Shown one piece after another: positions 20,190 to 30,309 of a stretch of 64,000 bases of DNA. Under the pieces are notes generated by a model. That model saw only the letters and a list, made by a program, of their open reading frames with translations. It was not told the DNA's origin and did no database searches. The DNA is from Candidatus Poribacteria bacterium. Lineage in GTDB: Bacteria; Poribacteria; WGA-4E; UBA9662. The position numbers and the translations under genes are program-made. The DNA lies in NCBI GenBank assembly GCA_046582655.1, contig JAYGDX010000014.1, forward strand, positions 1 through 64,000, in the 5' to 3' direction. Numbering within the stretch: the first letter of the stretch is position 1; each line of letters starts with the position of its first letter.

Positions 20190-21212
20190 GTGTCAAAAAT
20201 CACAACCGCTTTGATTGGATGTGGTGGACGTGGCCCCCAAGGGCACGCAAAAGTTGCCCAAGCATCAGGTAGCTTGGAACTTGTTGCTGTCTGTGATATT
20301 GATCAAAGACGAGCAAAATCGGTCGGCGAAAAATTTGGTGTTGAGTATGTGATCGATTATCATCAACTCTTAACTCGTAATGATATTGAGTCGGTTATCA
20401 TTGCCACTGGAACCAAACAACACGGTCCCATTGCTATCGACGCAGCCCGTACCAAGAAACATATTCTGATCGAGAAACCGTTGGTAGATTCTGTTTCCAC
20501 CGGAAAAGACCTGATCAAAGTGGTAGAAGAGTCCGGTGTGATTGGAATGGTTGGTTACCAACAGCGATTTACAGCCTTTACACAGCGATTAAAACAGGAA
20601 GCATCTGAAGTTGAACCGTTGCAAGCATTGATGACCGTTCAGCGTGGTTTACTGCGGTCTCCCTATTTTGTTCCAGAACACTACGGTGGCATTATCGATA
20701 CGGCCACACACACTATTCACCAAGCACTCTGGATAATGGATGATATACCCAGCGGTGTCTATTCTACCTTACGGCGTGGAACCTTCTCCAGAGACCAAAC
20801 CATTGGTTATGCTAACCTGATGATTGATTACGACAACGGTGCCCGCACCTCAACGATTATTACTAGCATGGGGAGCGTACAGGTGCCGAATGTCATCCAG
20901 ATTATCGGCAGATACGGAACTATCAGCAGTTCAGATAGAAAGACGTTACAGGTAGCTAAACACCGAGGATTTGATCTTAACGACAGGCAACCAATTGGTC
21001 TTGAGACGCAAACCATTGATTTGGACGAGACCTCGCACAACCCGATCGCCGAGATGCATTCACACTTCGCTCATTTGATTAGCGGTGAGGAAAAGGAACA
21101 ACGTGGTACAACCTTACGAGAAGGACTTTTGGCGGTGATGGTAACTGAAGCTATGGCCTTATCAGCTGAACGTGGTCAGCGTGTTTCACTGACTGAAGTT
21201 ATGGATCAGTAG
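20190..21212 (+). CDS. Gfo/Idh/MocA oxidoreductase
   Basis: LIGCGGRG, HILIEKP, GYQQRF, DTATHTI. Confidence 0.9.
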   Translation: MSKITTALIGCGGRGPQGHAKVAQASGSLELVAVCDIDQRRAKSVGEKFGVEYVIDYHQLLTRNDIESVIIATGTKQHGPIAIDAARTKKHILIEKPLVDSVSTGKDLIKVVEESGVIGMVGYQQRFTAFTQRLKQEASEVEPLQALMTVQRGLLRSPYFVPEHYGGIIDTATHTIHQALWIMDDIPSGVYSTLRRGTFSRDQTIGYANLMIDYDNGARTSTIITSMGSVQVPNVIQIIGRYGTISSSDRKTLQVAKHRGFDLNDRQPIGLETQTIDLDETSHNPIAEMHSHFAHLISGEEKEQRGTTLREGLLAVMVTEAMALSAERGQRVSLTEVMDQ

Positions 21213-21283
21213 ATCTGCGTTCTCCGATTTGGCTGAAGTTGCCAGGGTTCGCACTTTGTGTGCAGAAAATGTGAACGGGTGAT

Positions 21284-21898
21284 ATGACGAATAAACATTT
21301 GGCTACTAGCCCTTTTGTCATGTCTCCCACGGCATGGGAACCGATGGAAAACTACAGTCTTACAATGATCCGTCAACACATGGATCGGATTCCAGAATTC
21401 TCTTTCCCACCAGGGATCGGTATTCGTACCTACCGCCCCGATGAAAGATACATCTGGACACGGATTCAGCGAGCTTCCGAAAAGTTTTTTAAAATTGACG
21501 GTCAACTTTTCAATCGAGAGTTCGGTCGGGATTTTAAAGCTATGGAGGATCGGTGTTTTTTTCTGGTCGCAGGTCAGGGCAAAGAGATCGGAACGACTAC
21601 CGCCTGGTGGCAGCCGGATTGGCGAGGGCAGGAGTGGGGACAGATCCATTGGGTGGCGATTACTCCTGATTATCAAAGGAAAGGACTCTCCAAACCAATG
21701 ATGAGTGTGGCAATGCAACGGCTGAAACAGTCTCATGAACGCTGTTTTCTTATTACCTCATCCAGACGGGTTGCAGCAATTAAGGTCTATTTTGACTTCG
21801 GCTTTTATCCCGACCTTGAGTCTGAGAACAGTCAAGAAACCTGGGCAGAGGTCGCATCGGTTTTGGATCATGATATCCTAAAAGAATGCGGGTTTTAG
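21284..21898 (+). CDS. GNAT N-acetyltransferase
   Basis: IHWVAITPDYQRKGLS (motif A), AIKVYFDFGF. Confidence 0.88.
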   Translation: MTNKHLATSPFVMSPTAWEPMENYSLTMIRQHMDRIPEFSFPPGIGIRTYRPDERYIWTRIQRASEKFFKIDGQLFNREFGRDFKAMEDRCFFLVAGQGKEIGTTTAWWQPDWRGQEWGQIHWVAITPDYQRKGLSKPMMSVAMQRLKQSHERCFLITSSRRVAAIKVYFDFGFYPDLESENSQETWAEVASVLDHDILKECGF

Positions 21899-21950
21899 CA
21901 CAATTTCAGGTTCAATTTTCACTTGAATTGCAGATTAACAGGAGGCACAT

Positions 21951-22787
21951 GTGTTTAATAGCGTCACAGTTTCAGCTATCTCCTTGAAACCGATTAAATG
22001 GGACAAACCTGCCAACGCGGACAAAATGGAGATGCTCTTTCTGGAAGCTGCTAAAGATAATCCCCAGCTGATACTGACGACCGAAGGCGTACTGGAAGGT
22101 TACGTTGTCATGGATGTGGTCCAGAAACGTCGGACAGCCGAAGAGATGCTGGCGATTTCGGAATCTATTGACGGACCGTACATCCAGCGTTTTCAAAAAC
22201 TGGCTAAACAGCTTAAAATCTGTCTCTGCTTCGGTTTCGCCGAACGTATCGACCAAGAAATCTACAATAGTGCGGTTTTCATTGATCCAGATGGTCAGAT
22301 CTGCGGTAAGTATCACAAGACACAATTAGCAGAAGGCACTCATTCATCGTGGCCTTTTAACCGTGTGGGAAAGCGGTTGAGAGCCTTCAATACGTCTGTC
22401 GGAAGGGTGGGTATCGTTATCTGTAACGATCGCTGGAATCCGCTGATTGCACGTACGCTAGTTTTGGACGGTGCTAACCTGATTCTTATCCCATCCTATG
22501 GATCCAAAAGTAAGGCACAAAATCAAGCTGTGCTGGCCCGTGCACGTGAAAATGGTGTGCCGATCATTGAAGCCAATGTTGGTATGAACCTGGTAATCAG
22601 TAAAGGTGAGATTGTGGCTTATAAATGGGGAAACGATCAAATCACAACAGCTACTATCGAGATTCCAGTTTCGACTTCTCAACAAGCTGCACGCTTGTCA
22701 GAACAGGAATACCTACAATACCAGCAACCTGAAATGGAAAAAAGATATCAGCAAACGGTCAATAGATTTCAATCTGGTTCGTCATAA
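21951..22787 (+). CDS. Carbon-nitrogen hydrolase
   Basis: TTEG, YHKTQL, ICND; AGGAGG RBS before GTG. Confidence 0.88.
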   Translation: MFNSVTVSAISLKPIKWDKPANADKMEMLFLEAAKDNPQLILTTEGVLEGYVVMDVVQKRRTAEEMLAISESIDGPYIQRFQKLAKQLKICLCFGFAERIDQEIYNSAVFIDPDGQICGKYHKTQLAEGTHSSWPFNRVGKRLRAFNTSVGRVGIVICNDRWNPLIARTLVLDGANLILIPSYGSKSKAQNQAVLARARENGVPIIEANVGMNLVISKGEIVAYKWGNDQITTATIEIPVSTSQQAARLSEQEYLQYQQPEMEKRYQQTVNRFQSGSS

Positions 22788-23107
22788 CATAATTTAGGTA
22801 CAGGCCTTAGGTTATGATAGTGAATCGATTTATGAAATCTGTTGGTTAAGTTTCCTGTAGCTACTATAATTTCTATTAACCTACTTTACGCTAACCTGAG
22901 ATCTTGATACAATGTTTAGGACGGCCGGTTGATTTCCAGATCAATAGGTGTATCTACTTTTAAATCGGTGTCGATATCTTCCTTATTGAAATCAAAAAAT
23001 GTTTCATTACCAGGGTAACATGTTTATGTAATCCAGCAGGAAAAACTGGGTAATTAACGTTATAGTAAAATTCAACAAGTCAAATTACGATAAAGGAAAT
23101 TGAAAGA

Positions 23108-23968
23108 ATGAAAATTGGTTTGCGAATTCCCGGAGCGGCAGGAGAAATGCCGTGGGCGGATTTTTGTGGATGGTGTAAAGAGAATGGGTTTGAGGCCATC
23201 GACGTCGGTGCTGTTACCGCTGAATTGGCCAAGGCAACTAGGGAGGCAGGTCTGACGATTGGATCGGCAGATTTGCCCGGCGTCAGGGATCTGCTCAGCG
23301 TTAATAGTGCCAAGCAGGAAGCTGGCGCCACAACGGCCAAAGAGGCAATTTCAGTTGCCGCGGAGCATGGCGTTTCGATCATGTTCTGTGTGTTTGTTCC
23401 GGAAGATGCTAGCTTAGGTAGAGCAAAAAATTATGAAATCTGGAAAGAAACTGTCCCCCCCATTGCTGAGTTTGCTGCTTCTAAAGGTGTTGGAATCGCG
23501 GTTGAAGGTTGGCCTGGTGGAGGTCCTGCTTATCCAGCACTCGGTTGCACACCAGAGATGTGGCGGGTGATGTTCACCGAGTGTCCAGATGGGTTAGGTT
23601 TGAACTACGATCCATCCCACTTGGTTCGGATCGGTATTGACTATCTCCGAGTGTTAAATGAATTTGCTGATAAGGTATTGCATGTTCATGCTAAGGACAC
23701 TGTCTTTGATCAAGAGGCGCTCTACCTACACGGGAATCTAGGACCAACTTTCCACAGTCCACGCGGTTTTGGTGAAGACTGGTGGCGGTACTGCATCCCC
23801 GGAGACGGCGTGATTGACTGGTTGAAAGTAGTTCAACGTTTGGAAGATGAAGGATTCGATGGTATCGTCAGCGTGGAGTTGGAAGATTACCGTTACTGGG
23901 AGGACTGGGAAGCCCAAGCAGATGGCCTCAAACGTTCACAATCTTTCCTATCAAATATTGTACGCTAG
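23108..23968 (+). CDS. Sugar phosphate isomerase/epimerase (TIM barrel)
   Basis: NYDPSH, HVHAKD, PGDGVIDW, SVELED. Confidence 0.9.
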   Translation: MKIGLRIPGAAGEMPWADFCGWCKENGFEAIDVGAVTAELAKATREAGLTIGSADLPGVRDLLSVNSAKQEAGATTAKEAISVAAEHGVSIMFCVFVPEDASLGRAKNYEIWKETVPPIAEFAASKGVGIAVEGWPGGGPAYPALGCTPEMWRVMFTECPDGLGLNYDPSHLVRIGIDYLRVLNEFADKVLHVHAKDTVFDQEALYLHGNLGPTFHSPRGFGEDWWRYCIPGDGVIDWLKVVQRLEDEGFDGIVSVELEDYRYWEDWEAQADGLKRSQSFLSNIVR

Positions 23969-23985
23969 ATGCTATAGAGATATTT

Positions 23986-24816
23986 TTGTTGCAACGTCTC
24001 TATAACTCTATAAAGAAACTACGTCTGATGTTGGAAATTGAAATACTAGAAGCACACGAGACTGAACGAGCTAAAAAGATTTTATTGCGCGATGGTTTCG
24101 TTGCCGTCAAGGATATTCTAAAGGGTGAGAGACTTAAGCGAATTCGGAACGCGGCAAACCACGTGATTCAAGAAATCATCGATAAAGATCCAGAGAGGAA
24201 GGGGAATCGAGGACATCACCGTTACTCTTTCGGTAACCAGATTCATCATATCGAGTGGTCTGAATTGGTAGATCTTCCTCCCATTTGGTCTATTGCTGAA
24301 GCGGTTTGGGATAACGGTAATTTCATTTGTTCTGGCGCGGGTGGCGATTTTTCTCTACCCAGTGCTGAAATTCAACCTTTACACTCTGATGGTAACGAGA
24401 TGGGGTTTACAGATCCATGGGTTAACCAAATTACACTGCGTGACCTTCCACCACCAACACTCTGTGTGAATTTTCTGATGGTTGATTTTACCAAGGAGAA
24501 TGGAGCTATCCGGCAGATTCCTTGCACCCAGAGGTCAAACGCACCAATCCCCACGCTGGAAGAAGAACCACTGTGGATGAAGAACTGTATCATTTGCGCG
24601 CCAGCCGGAACGGCTCTCATTCGGGATGTCCGTTGTTGGCATGGTGGAACAGCTAATAACTCTGATCAACCACGACCGATGACCAATACGCAGTATTACG
24701 CCCCTTGGTTTCGGCAGCACTTGTCAAAATGTCTTCCACATGAAAATTACAACCAAATGTCTGCACGTGCCCAACACCTGTGCCGCTATATTGTTCAAGA
24801 TGGGTTGGATACCTAG
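23986..24816 (+). CDS. PhyH-family dioxygenase
   Basis: RDGFVAV, QPLHSD, ENGAIRQIP, DVRCWHGG; start may be ATG 24028. Confidence 0.87.
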   Translation: MLQRLYNSIKKLRLMLEIEILEAHETERAKKILLRDGFVAVKDILKGERLKRIRNAANHVIQEIIDKDPERKGNRGHHRYSFGNQIHHIEWSELVDLPPIWSIAEAVWDNGNFICSGAGGDFSLPSAEIQPLHSDGNEMGFTDPWVNQITLRDLPPPTLCVNFLMVDFTKENGAIRQIPCTQRSNAPIPTLEEEPLWMKNCIICAPAGTALIRDVRCWHGGTANNSDQPRPMTNTQYYAPWFRQHLSKCLPHENYNQMSARAQHLCRYIVQDGLDT

Positions 24817-25223
24817 CTCCGGCCAGCTTGACCGGATGGCTGCAGATTGAAGGATTCGATTTATGACTCGGTTTAGTCGAACCAGCGTCAGGCCTATGGC
24901 AGACTGTATCAGGGTATTTTTATAGTGGAACTTAAACTCATCGGGTTTCTTTATTAAAGCTACGAGTTAACCATAATCTACCCTGATCGCCACCAACGTA
25001 ATGTCATCCTCCTCCGCGTTATCTGCAGTCCATCACATTATTGATCAGCATATCCACTAACATTTCTATCGGCATCTCAGTTGGAGCGTAGGACAACCGT
25101 CCTAACTCTTCATACATGACACCTTCAGCGTTTCAGGGGAGTGATACCATCGGTCAATAGACAGCAACAGGCCTCCGGATTCTCTGGCTTCATCTGGGGT
25201 CAGCTATTTCATAAGAGACGGGT

Positions 25224-25982
25224 TTACCTGTCAAAAGGAACGTAGACCATACTTTTGATACGCGGTCGATCGCTGTTTACGAATGCTGGATTGGGTTCTA
25301 GAGCGTACGGCGACCAACGCCTTAGGGAAGCCATATGCGCCTCGGTAGTCGGCTTAGCCGCGAACTTGAGGGCAAGATAACGGCGACCTTCCCAACCACC
25401 AAACATGCCATGCCATAAACAATGGTTGAAGAATATGACATCACCTGGCTGAGATTCTAGAGGGAAGCAAGGCAGATCGGCGCCGCTGACACCAAAAGTC
25501 TGAGGGCAGGAATCTGCTTTCTGTGCAATCAACGGTTGAAGATCGGTATGGAGCGGCAATCGGTGAGAGCCAGGAATCACGCGTAGGCAACCCTGTTCTT
25601 TAGCCACCGGGTCGAGATAGATCATCACTTTGATCCGTATATAATCAACCTCTGCTACACCCTGCCGGTCGGCATGCCAACGGTGCTCACTGTGAACTGT
25701 CAGATTTCCTTCAGAGCCGGACCAGATAAACTCGCCTGGCATCAACTGTTCAATAACCTTGTAAATATGGTCACTTTCAACCAACTGGGTGAAAAATTGG
25801 CTCTGCTCCACGATGGTGGTTACCAGTTGTTCCTCCCGGTTGAATGGGACACCACTACGGTCCTTGGTCAGCACACTATCGAACTGGCGGGTAATTGTCT
25901 TCATCTTATCCGGCGAGAAATACCGCCGCATGACCAAAAAGCCAAAGGTTTCGAAGTATGATTCCTGTTTGGCTGTTAGCAT
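25224..25982 (-). CDS. PhyH-family dioxygenase
   Basis: FETFGFLV, WHAD, GCLRVIPGSH, PGDVIFFNHCLWH; ATG 25997 is an alternative start. Confidence 0.9.
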   Translation of the reverse strand: MLTAKQESYFETFGFLVMRRYFSPDKMKTITRQFDSVLTKDRSGVPFNREEQLVTTIVEQSQFFTQLVESDHIYKVIEQLMPGEFIWSGSEGNLTVHSEHRWHADRQGVAEVDYIRIKVMIYLDPVAKEQGCLRVIPGSHRLPLHTDLQPLIAQKADSCPQTFGVSGADLPCFPLESQPGDVIFFNHCLWHGMFGGWEGRRYLALKFAAKPTTEAHMASLRRWSPYALEPNPAFVNSDRPRIKSMVYVPFDR

Positions 25983-26168
25983 GGTATAACCCTTCATTTA
26001 TTTAGACCGCATATTGTCATCGCGTGATTGAAGAACTGACTGTTCTCATTGGATGATATGGTTTTGACAATTACCATATCACCTTCAACTCAGACGGTCC
26101 AGAGATTAGGAAATTGGTTGTAATTTTAGTTTAGACGTTGAAGTCCAAAGGCAGAAACATAATTGACA

Positions 26169-26708
26169 CTAACCTTTAGTTGCCGCATCCAATCCCTCAC
26201 AGTAAGCGTTTCCCAAGGACCAGAACCTTTTCCCTGACCAGAATCGTTTTCCCACAGCCAGCGTGGTGTTGGCCACCCAAGACTCTTCGGGAAGTGAACT
26301 GTAAATCTCGTCGATCTTCAGATCGCTAGGTTCTTCCAGAATTGCTGTCAAGGCATCAACATGGTCAGGATGGGGATGGGAAATAAACCAGTTATGCACG
26401 TGGTTGCCTACAGCACCAAGAAATCCTTTCAAATAAAGCGCATCGCCCCTATTCCCTCCATCGATAACAATAACCTTTCCACCACCGGTGACCAGTACAT
26501 AGGACATCATCTGGCTGGGTGTCTGAGATGGAAGCTGCCATAGGGTGAAATGCGGGGTATCAACCGTGGGTTTTTCTGAGGACAGATGCGAACAACCTGA
26601 TAAGGTTGGCCAGATAGCAACTAACACAATCAGCCATACGGCTACTTGGAGCAGCACCTGTAAAGAGTTGGAGAACATTGCTTTTAGCACTAACAACAAA
26701 CTGCCCAT
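26169..26708 (-). pseudogene. 3'-truncated MBL-fold metallo-hydrolase (ComEC-like)
   Basis: VIVIDGG and SHPHPDH present, but the ORF ends about 50 aa later in an unrelated GKRFWS-GKRFWS tail without the later metal ligands. Confidence 0.65.
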
Positions 26709-26732
26709 GAGATCAATTTCCCGTTTTTCTAC

Positions 26733-27512
26733 TTAAGGCAGGCATTCATCGACGATATCTCTGGCTTTAAGTAGATCATCCCTGGAACGATAGTATTCAA
26801 AGACGAGGTAGGGTACATTGGTATACTCGTGTAAACACCGCACATAGGTTGGGTAATCCAAACATCCCGAACCGACTGGCCCATAATCAGCCACCACACC
26901 CGTCTCAGAAAACCGTGAGTCCTTAGCATGGGCAATAGCGATCTCTGGTCCCAGCATGCGCACCGCACGTTCCAACGGCGTTCGGTCAGGTACGAAGTTG
27001 GCTGCGTCCATGCACACTCGTAATGCTGCGGATCCAACTTGATCCTTAATTCGCAGAAAGGATTCCGCGCTGCCAATGCTGCCGGCGCGAGTAATTTCGA
27101 CCGCGATATGCACCCCTTTATCTTCTGCCACAATACAAGCAGATGCTAAAGCTTGGCATAGTCCCTGAAATACTACATTGTCATCAACGTCTGCTGCCGA
27201 AGGGTATTCCGATGGATGCCAGATCAGCAGTGGGCATTCATTGTCACCAAATCGGCCTTTCAAACCAGCTGTCTTTTCCACGCATTCAACTAGTCGCGCA
27301 ACATCCGCTTGAATGGCCCCTTGTACACCCACCAAACTGACATGCAGAGTCATGGCCGCCAAGGCAATATCATCCGCTTTCAAGATTTTGTCAATGTCTT
27401 CAGATGATGGATCCGAATCCCCTCCGCTAAAAAACACCTGAACGGCTTCGAAGCCAAATGACCGCAACTCACCAGCAGGTATAGTATCATCCGACATCAG
27501 TCCGAATTTCAC
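26733..27512 (-). CDS. Sugar phosphate isomerase/epimerase (TIM barrel)
   Basis: IAVE, CMDAANF, AHAKD, GSGCLDY, VFE. Confidence 0.85.
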   Translation of the reverse strand: MKFGLMSDDTIPAGELRSFGFEAVQVFFSGGDSDPSSEDIDKILKADDIALAAMTLHVSLVGVQGAIQADVARLVECVEKTAGLKGRFGDNECPLLIWHPSEYPSAADVDDNVVFQGLCQALASACIVAEDKGVHIAVEITRAGSIGSAESFLRIKDQVGSAALRVCMDAANFVPDRTPLERAVRMLGPEIAIAHAKDSRFSETGVVADYGPVGSGCLDYPTYVRCLHEYTNVPYLVFEYYRSRDDLLKARDIVDECLP

Positions 27513-27662
27513 AGCTTACTTCTCCTTTTATAATGATTCTATTATTTTTGAGGTGTTACACTTTTTCTCACGGATTAGCTTGTCTGTTCCAGCTAAGTCA
27601 CTTGGCGAGTTGTTTAGTTCCGCGCTGGATCTCTGCCCAACAGACAGCCAGCTAGGTAGGGT

Positions 27663-27691
27663 ATTCTAGCACGATAAAAATTAAAGGTAAA
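27663..27691 (-). promoter_or_regulatory. Extended -10 sigma70 promoter
   Basis: TTTACC-17 nt-TAGAAT with TG at the extended -10 position. Confidence 0.55.
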
Positions 27692-27882
27692 CAGACAGAT
27701 GGTGAAGAATTTCTGATAATCTTAGCCCAGACAGGAAATACGCATAATCTGTGGGATGAATTAACACCATCATATCCATCTTAAGAAATAGAAAAACTTG
27801 AGGAGCCGGTATGGCTTGCATGATATGATGTGGTCACTATAGAGAAGCAGGTGAAGTTTATAGAATCAAAGAGCGGAGATAG

Positions 27883-28542
27883 TTGTTGATTTCCACCAGC
27901 CATCGTCAGATATGCACACTATGTGGTGGTGTTGACACCAGTGATTTTTTTCAAGGTGCTGATCGTAACTTTTTGCGTTGCCAGACCTGTTTTTTGGTTT
28001 TTGTTCCACCCGGTCATTTTCTATCTGCGGAATCTGAAAAAGAGCGATATGATCAGCACCAAAATTCACCTGATGATTCGCGCTACCGTCAGTTCTTAAA
28101 TCGTATTTTCCTGCCTATGCAGGGACGGCTAAAACCAGCAAGTTTTGGTTTGGATTTTGGTTCAGGTCCGGGACCAACCCTATCCGTCATGTTCCAGGAG
28201 GAAGGACATTCCATGGCCATTTATGACCTGTTTTATGCGGACAATCCGGCGGTCTTTGAATGGGAATACGATTTCATCACCACCACCGAAACTGTTGAAC
28301 ATCTACGGAATCCGCAAGAAGATTTGGACCGGTTATGGGGATGCCTGAAACCTGGAGGTATTCTGGGTGTCATGACCAGCTTCATTGAGGAGAATAACAC
28401 CTTTGCCGATTGGTATTATAAAAACGATCTCACCCATATCTGTTTCTATACCAAATCAACCTTTAGCTGGTTGGCAACGCGTTGGCAGACAACTGCCGAT
28501 TTTGTGGATGATAACGTGGTTCTGTTCCCTAAACCAGACTAA
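27883..28542 (+). CDS. Class I SAM-dependent methyltransferase with N-terminal Zn ribbon
   Basis: CTLC...CQTC, GLDFGSGPGP, YDLFY, ETVEHL, WYYKNDLTHICFY. Confidence 0.9.
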   Translation: MLISTSHRQICTLCGGVDTSDFFQGADRNFLRCQTCFLVFVPPGHFLSAESEKERYDQHQNSPDDSRYRQFLNRIFLPMQGRLKPASFGLDFGSGPGPTLSVMFQEEGHSMAIYDLFYADNPAVFEWEYDFITTTETVEHLRNPQEDLDRLWGCLKPGGILGVMTSFIEENNTFADWYYKNDLTHICFYTKSTFSWLATRWQTTADFVDDNVVLFPKPD

Positions 28543-28625
28543 ATCTCAGGTAGAGGATCTCTGGTTGCGGTGTATCAGTTATCCGCACACAACCAGGAAA
28601 AATTATTGGAAGGAAATTTTAGACC

Positions 28626-30254
28626 ATGAAGACCAAAGATAGTTGGGAAAGACTAAAAGGGAAAACTTATCCTGAGACCTTAGAGCAACAACAAAAGTTC
28701 CTAGAAACGGATGAGACGGTTCTTGCCTACCAAGAACGGAGGCAACATATGGCATCGGATCCTTATCGCCCAATCTATCATATGTCTTCCCTCTCCAATA
28801 TGGGTGATGCTAACGGGCTTTGTCACTGGCAAAATCGGTATCATCTTTTCTACCAATTTGGTCCTGAAAATGTTGCTAGAGGACATTGGGGGCATTGTTA
28901 CAGTGAAGATCTAGTGCACTGGAAGGATTTACCACCAGCACTGTACCCGGATACAGAACTTCACTGTTTCAGCGGTCAGACACTAGTGGAAGATGATCGT
29001 GTTATTGCCATGTATCACGGCAAGAATTCGGGAAACAGCATTGCTACCGCTTCTGATCCGCTACTGCTAAACTGGGAAAAACATCCGGATAATCCGCTTA
29101 TTCCCAATATTGAAGTAGACGAAGCCGAATATCCATATCGGGTTGGCGATACCTGTATATGGAAAGAAAAGGACGGGTATTATTCCCTTTCCGGTACTTC
29201 CATTGACGGTTTCATTCGAGAGCGGCGCAAGACTGCCGAGCATTTATTCTTCTCCAAAGACTTGAATCATTGGGAGTATCTGCATCCATTGCTGATAGAT
29301 AGCACTTTTTGTGAATTGGGAGAAGATGGTGCGGTACCAAATTTCTGGCCTATCGGCAATGGGAAACATCTGTTGCTTGTTTTTAGCCACAAACGGGGCG
29401 CGCGTTATTACATTGGCGTATACGATCAGCAGACCCACCGATTCACGCCCGAATACCATGGTCGGCTCAACTTCGGCCCCTTTTCCGGTGGTCACATCGG
29501 TTGTCCTAGCGCTACCATAGACAACTATGGTCGGCTGATCTCCATTTTTGACTGTCACGATGGCAGGAGCAACCCTGAGTCCCAATGGGGACGGTGTATG
29601 ACCTTACCCTGGCAACTGAACTTGGAAGATGACCATTTGTTGGCGATGGAACCCGTTGATGAGGTCAAAGCGTTACGCTTTGACCAATATCGAAGGGAGC
29701 AGATCATTTTGTCAGCTAACCAAGAGCATGTCCTAGATGAAATAAAAGGAAAGTCCATTGAGATAGATCTATCTTTAGATCTAGGAACAGCCAGAGAGGT
29801 GGGATTGTACGTTCTGAGATCGCCAGATGCCAGAGAGCGAACTAAGATCTCCATTTACAATCATGGACATCCCAAAATCAACGATACTTTATTAGTTGAT
29901 ACCTCCCAGTCGTCGCTGCGGACAGATCTGACAGGTCGACCGCCGGAAACGGCACCGTTTCGCTTAAGCGATGACAAAAAAGTAAGACTTCGAATTTTCA
30001 TCGACCGCAGCCTGATCGAGGTATTCGCTGACAATAGGCAATGCATTGGCAAATGGGCCTATCCGAGGAAGGATGTGAAGAAGATCTTTCCGCTGTTTCC
30101 TCGCCAGTGCGCGGTAGCCCGGGCCTATCCTCAACAAGAAGACAGTAACGGTATCTCCCTATTCTCTATAGGTGGTGAAGCCAAAGTGGTTTCTCTTGAC
30201 CTGTGGCAGATGAAATCTATATGGCCGGAATTGAAATATAGGGAAGGTCAATGA
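28626..30254 (+). CDS. Glycoside hydrolase family 32 protein
   Basis: RPIYH, MGDANG, HWGHCYSEDLVHW, CFSG, C-terminal LRIFIDRSLIEVF. Confidence 0.88.
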   Translation: MKTKDSWERLKGKTYPETLEQQQKFLETDETVLAYQERRQHMASDPYRPIYHMSSLSNMGDANGLCHWQNRYHLFYQFGPENVARGHWGHCYSEDLVHWKDLPPALYPDTELHCFSGQTLVEDDRVIAMYHGKNSGNSIATASDPLLLNWEKHPDNPLIPNIEVDEAEYPYRVGDTCIWKEKDGYYSLSGTSIDGFIRERRKTAEHLFFSKDLNHWEYLHPLLIDSTFCELGEDGAVPNFWPIGNGKHLLLVFSHKRGARYYIGVYDQQTHRFTPEYHGRLNFGPFSGGHIGCPSATIDNYGRLISIFDCHDGRSNPESQWGRCMTLPWQLNLEDDHLLAMEPVDEVKALRFDQYRREQIILSANQEHVLDEIKGKSIEIDLSLDLGTAREVGLYVLRSPDARERTKISIYNHGHPKINDTLLVDTSQSSLRTDLTGRPPETAPFRLSDDKKVRLRIFIDRSLIEVFADNRQCIGKWAYPRKDVKKIFPLFPRQCAVARAYPQQEDSNGISLFSIGGEAKVVSLDLWQMKSIWPELKYREGQ

Positions 30255-30309
30255 CCTAGGCTGACGATGAAGACCATAAACGCTGCGTCAAATTATCAAG
30301 GAGAGAATT

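Noticed and set aside
21206..21736. 176-aa antisense ORF
   Set aside because: Shadow of the GNAT gene
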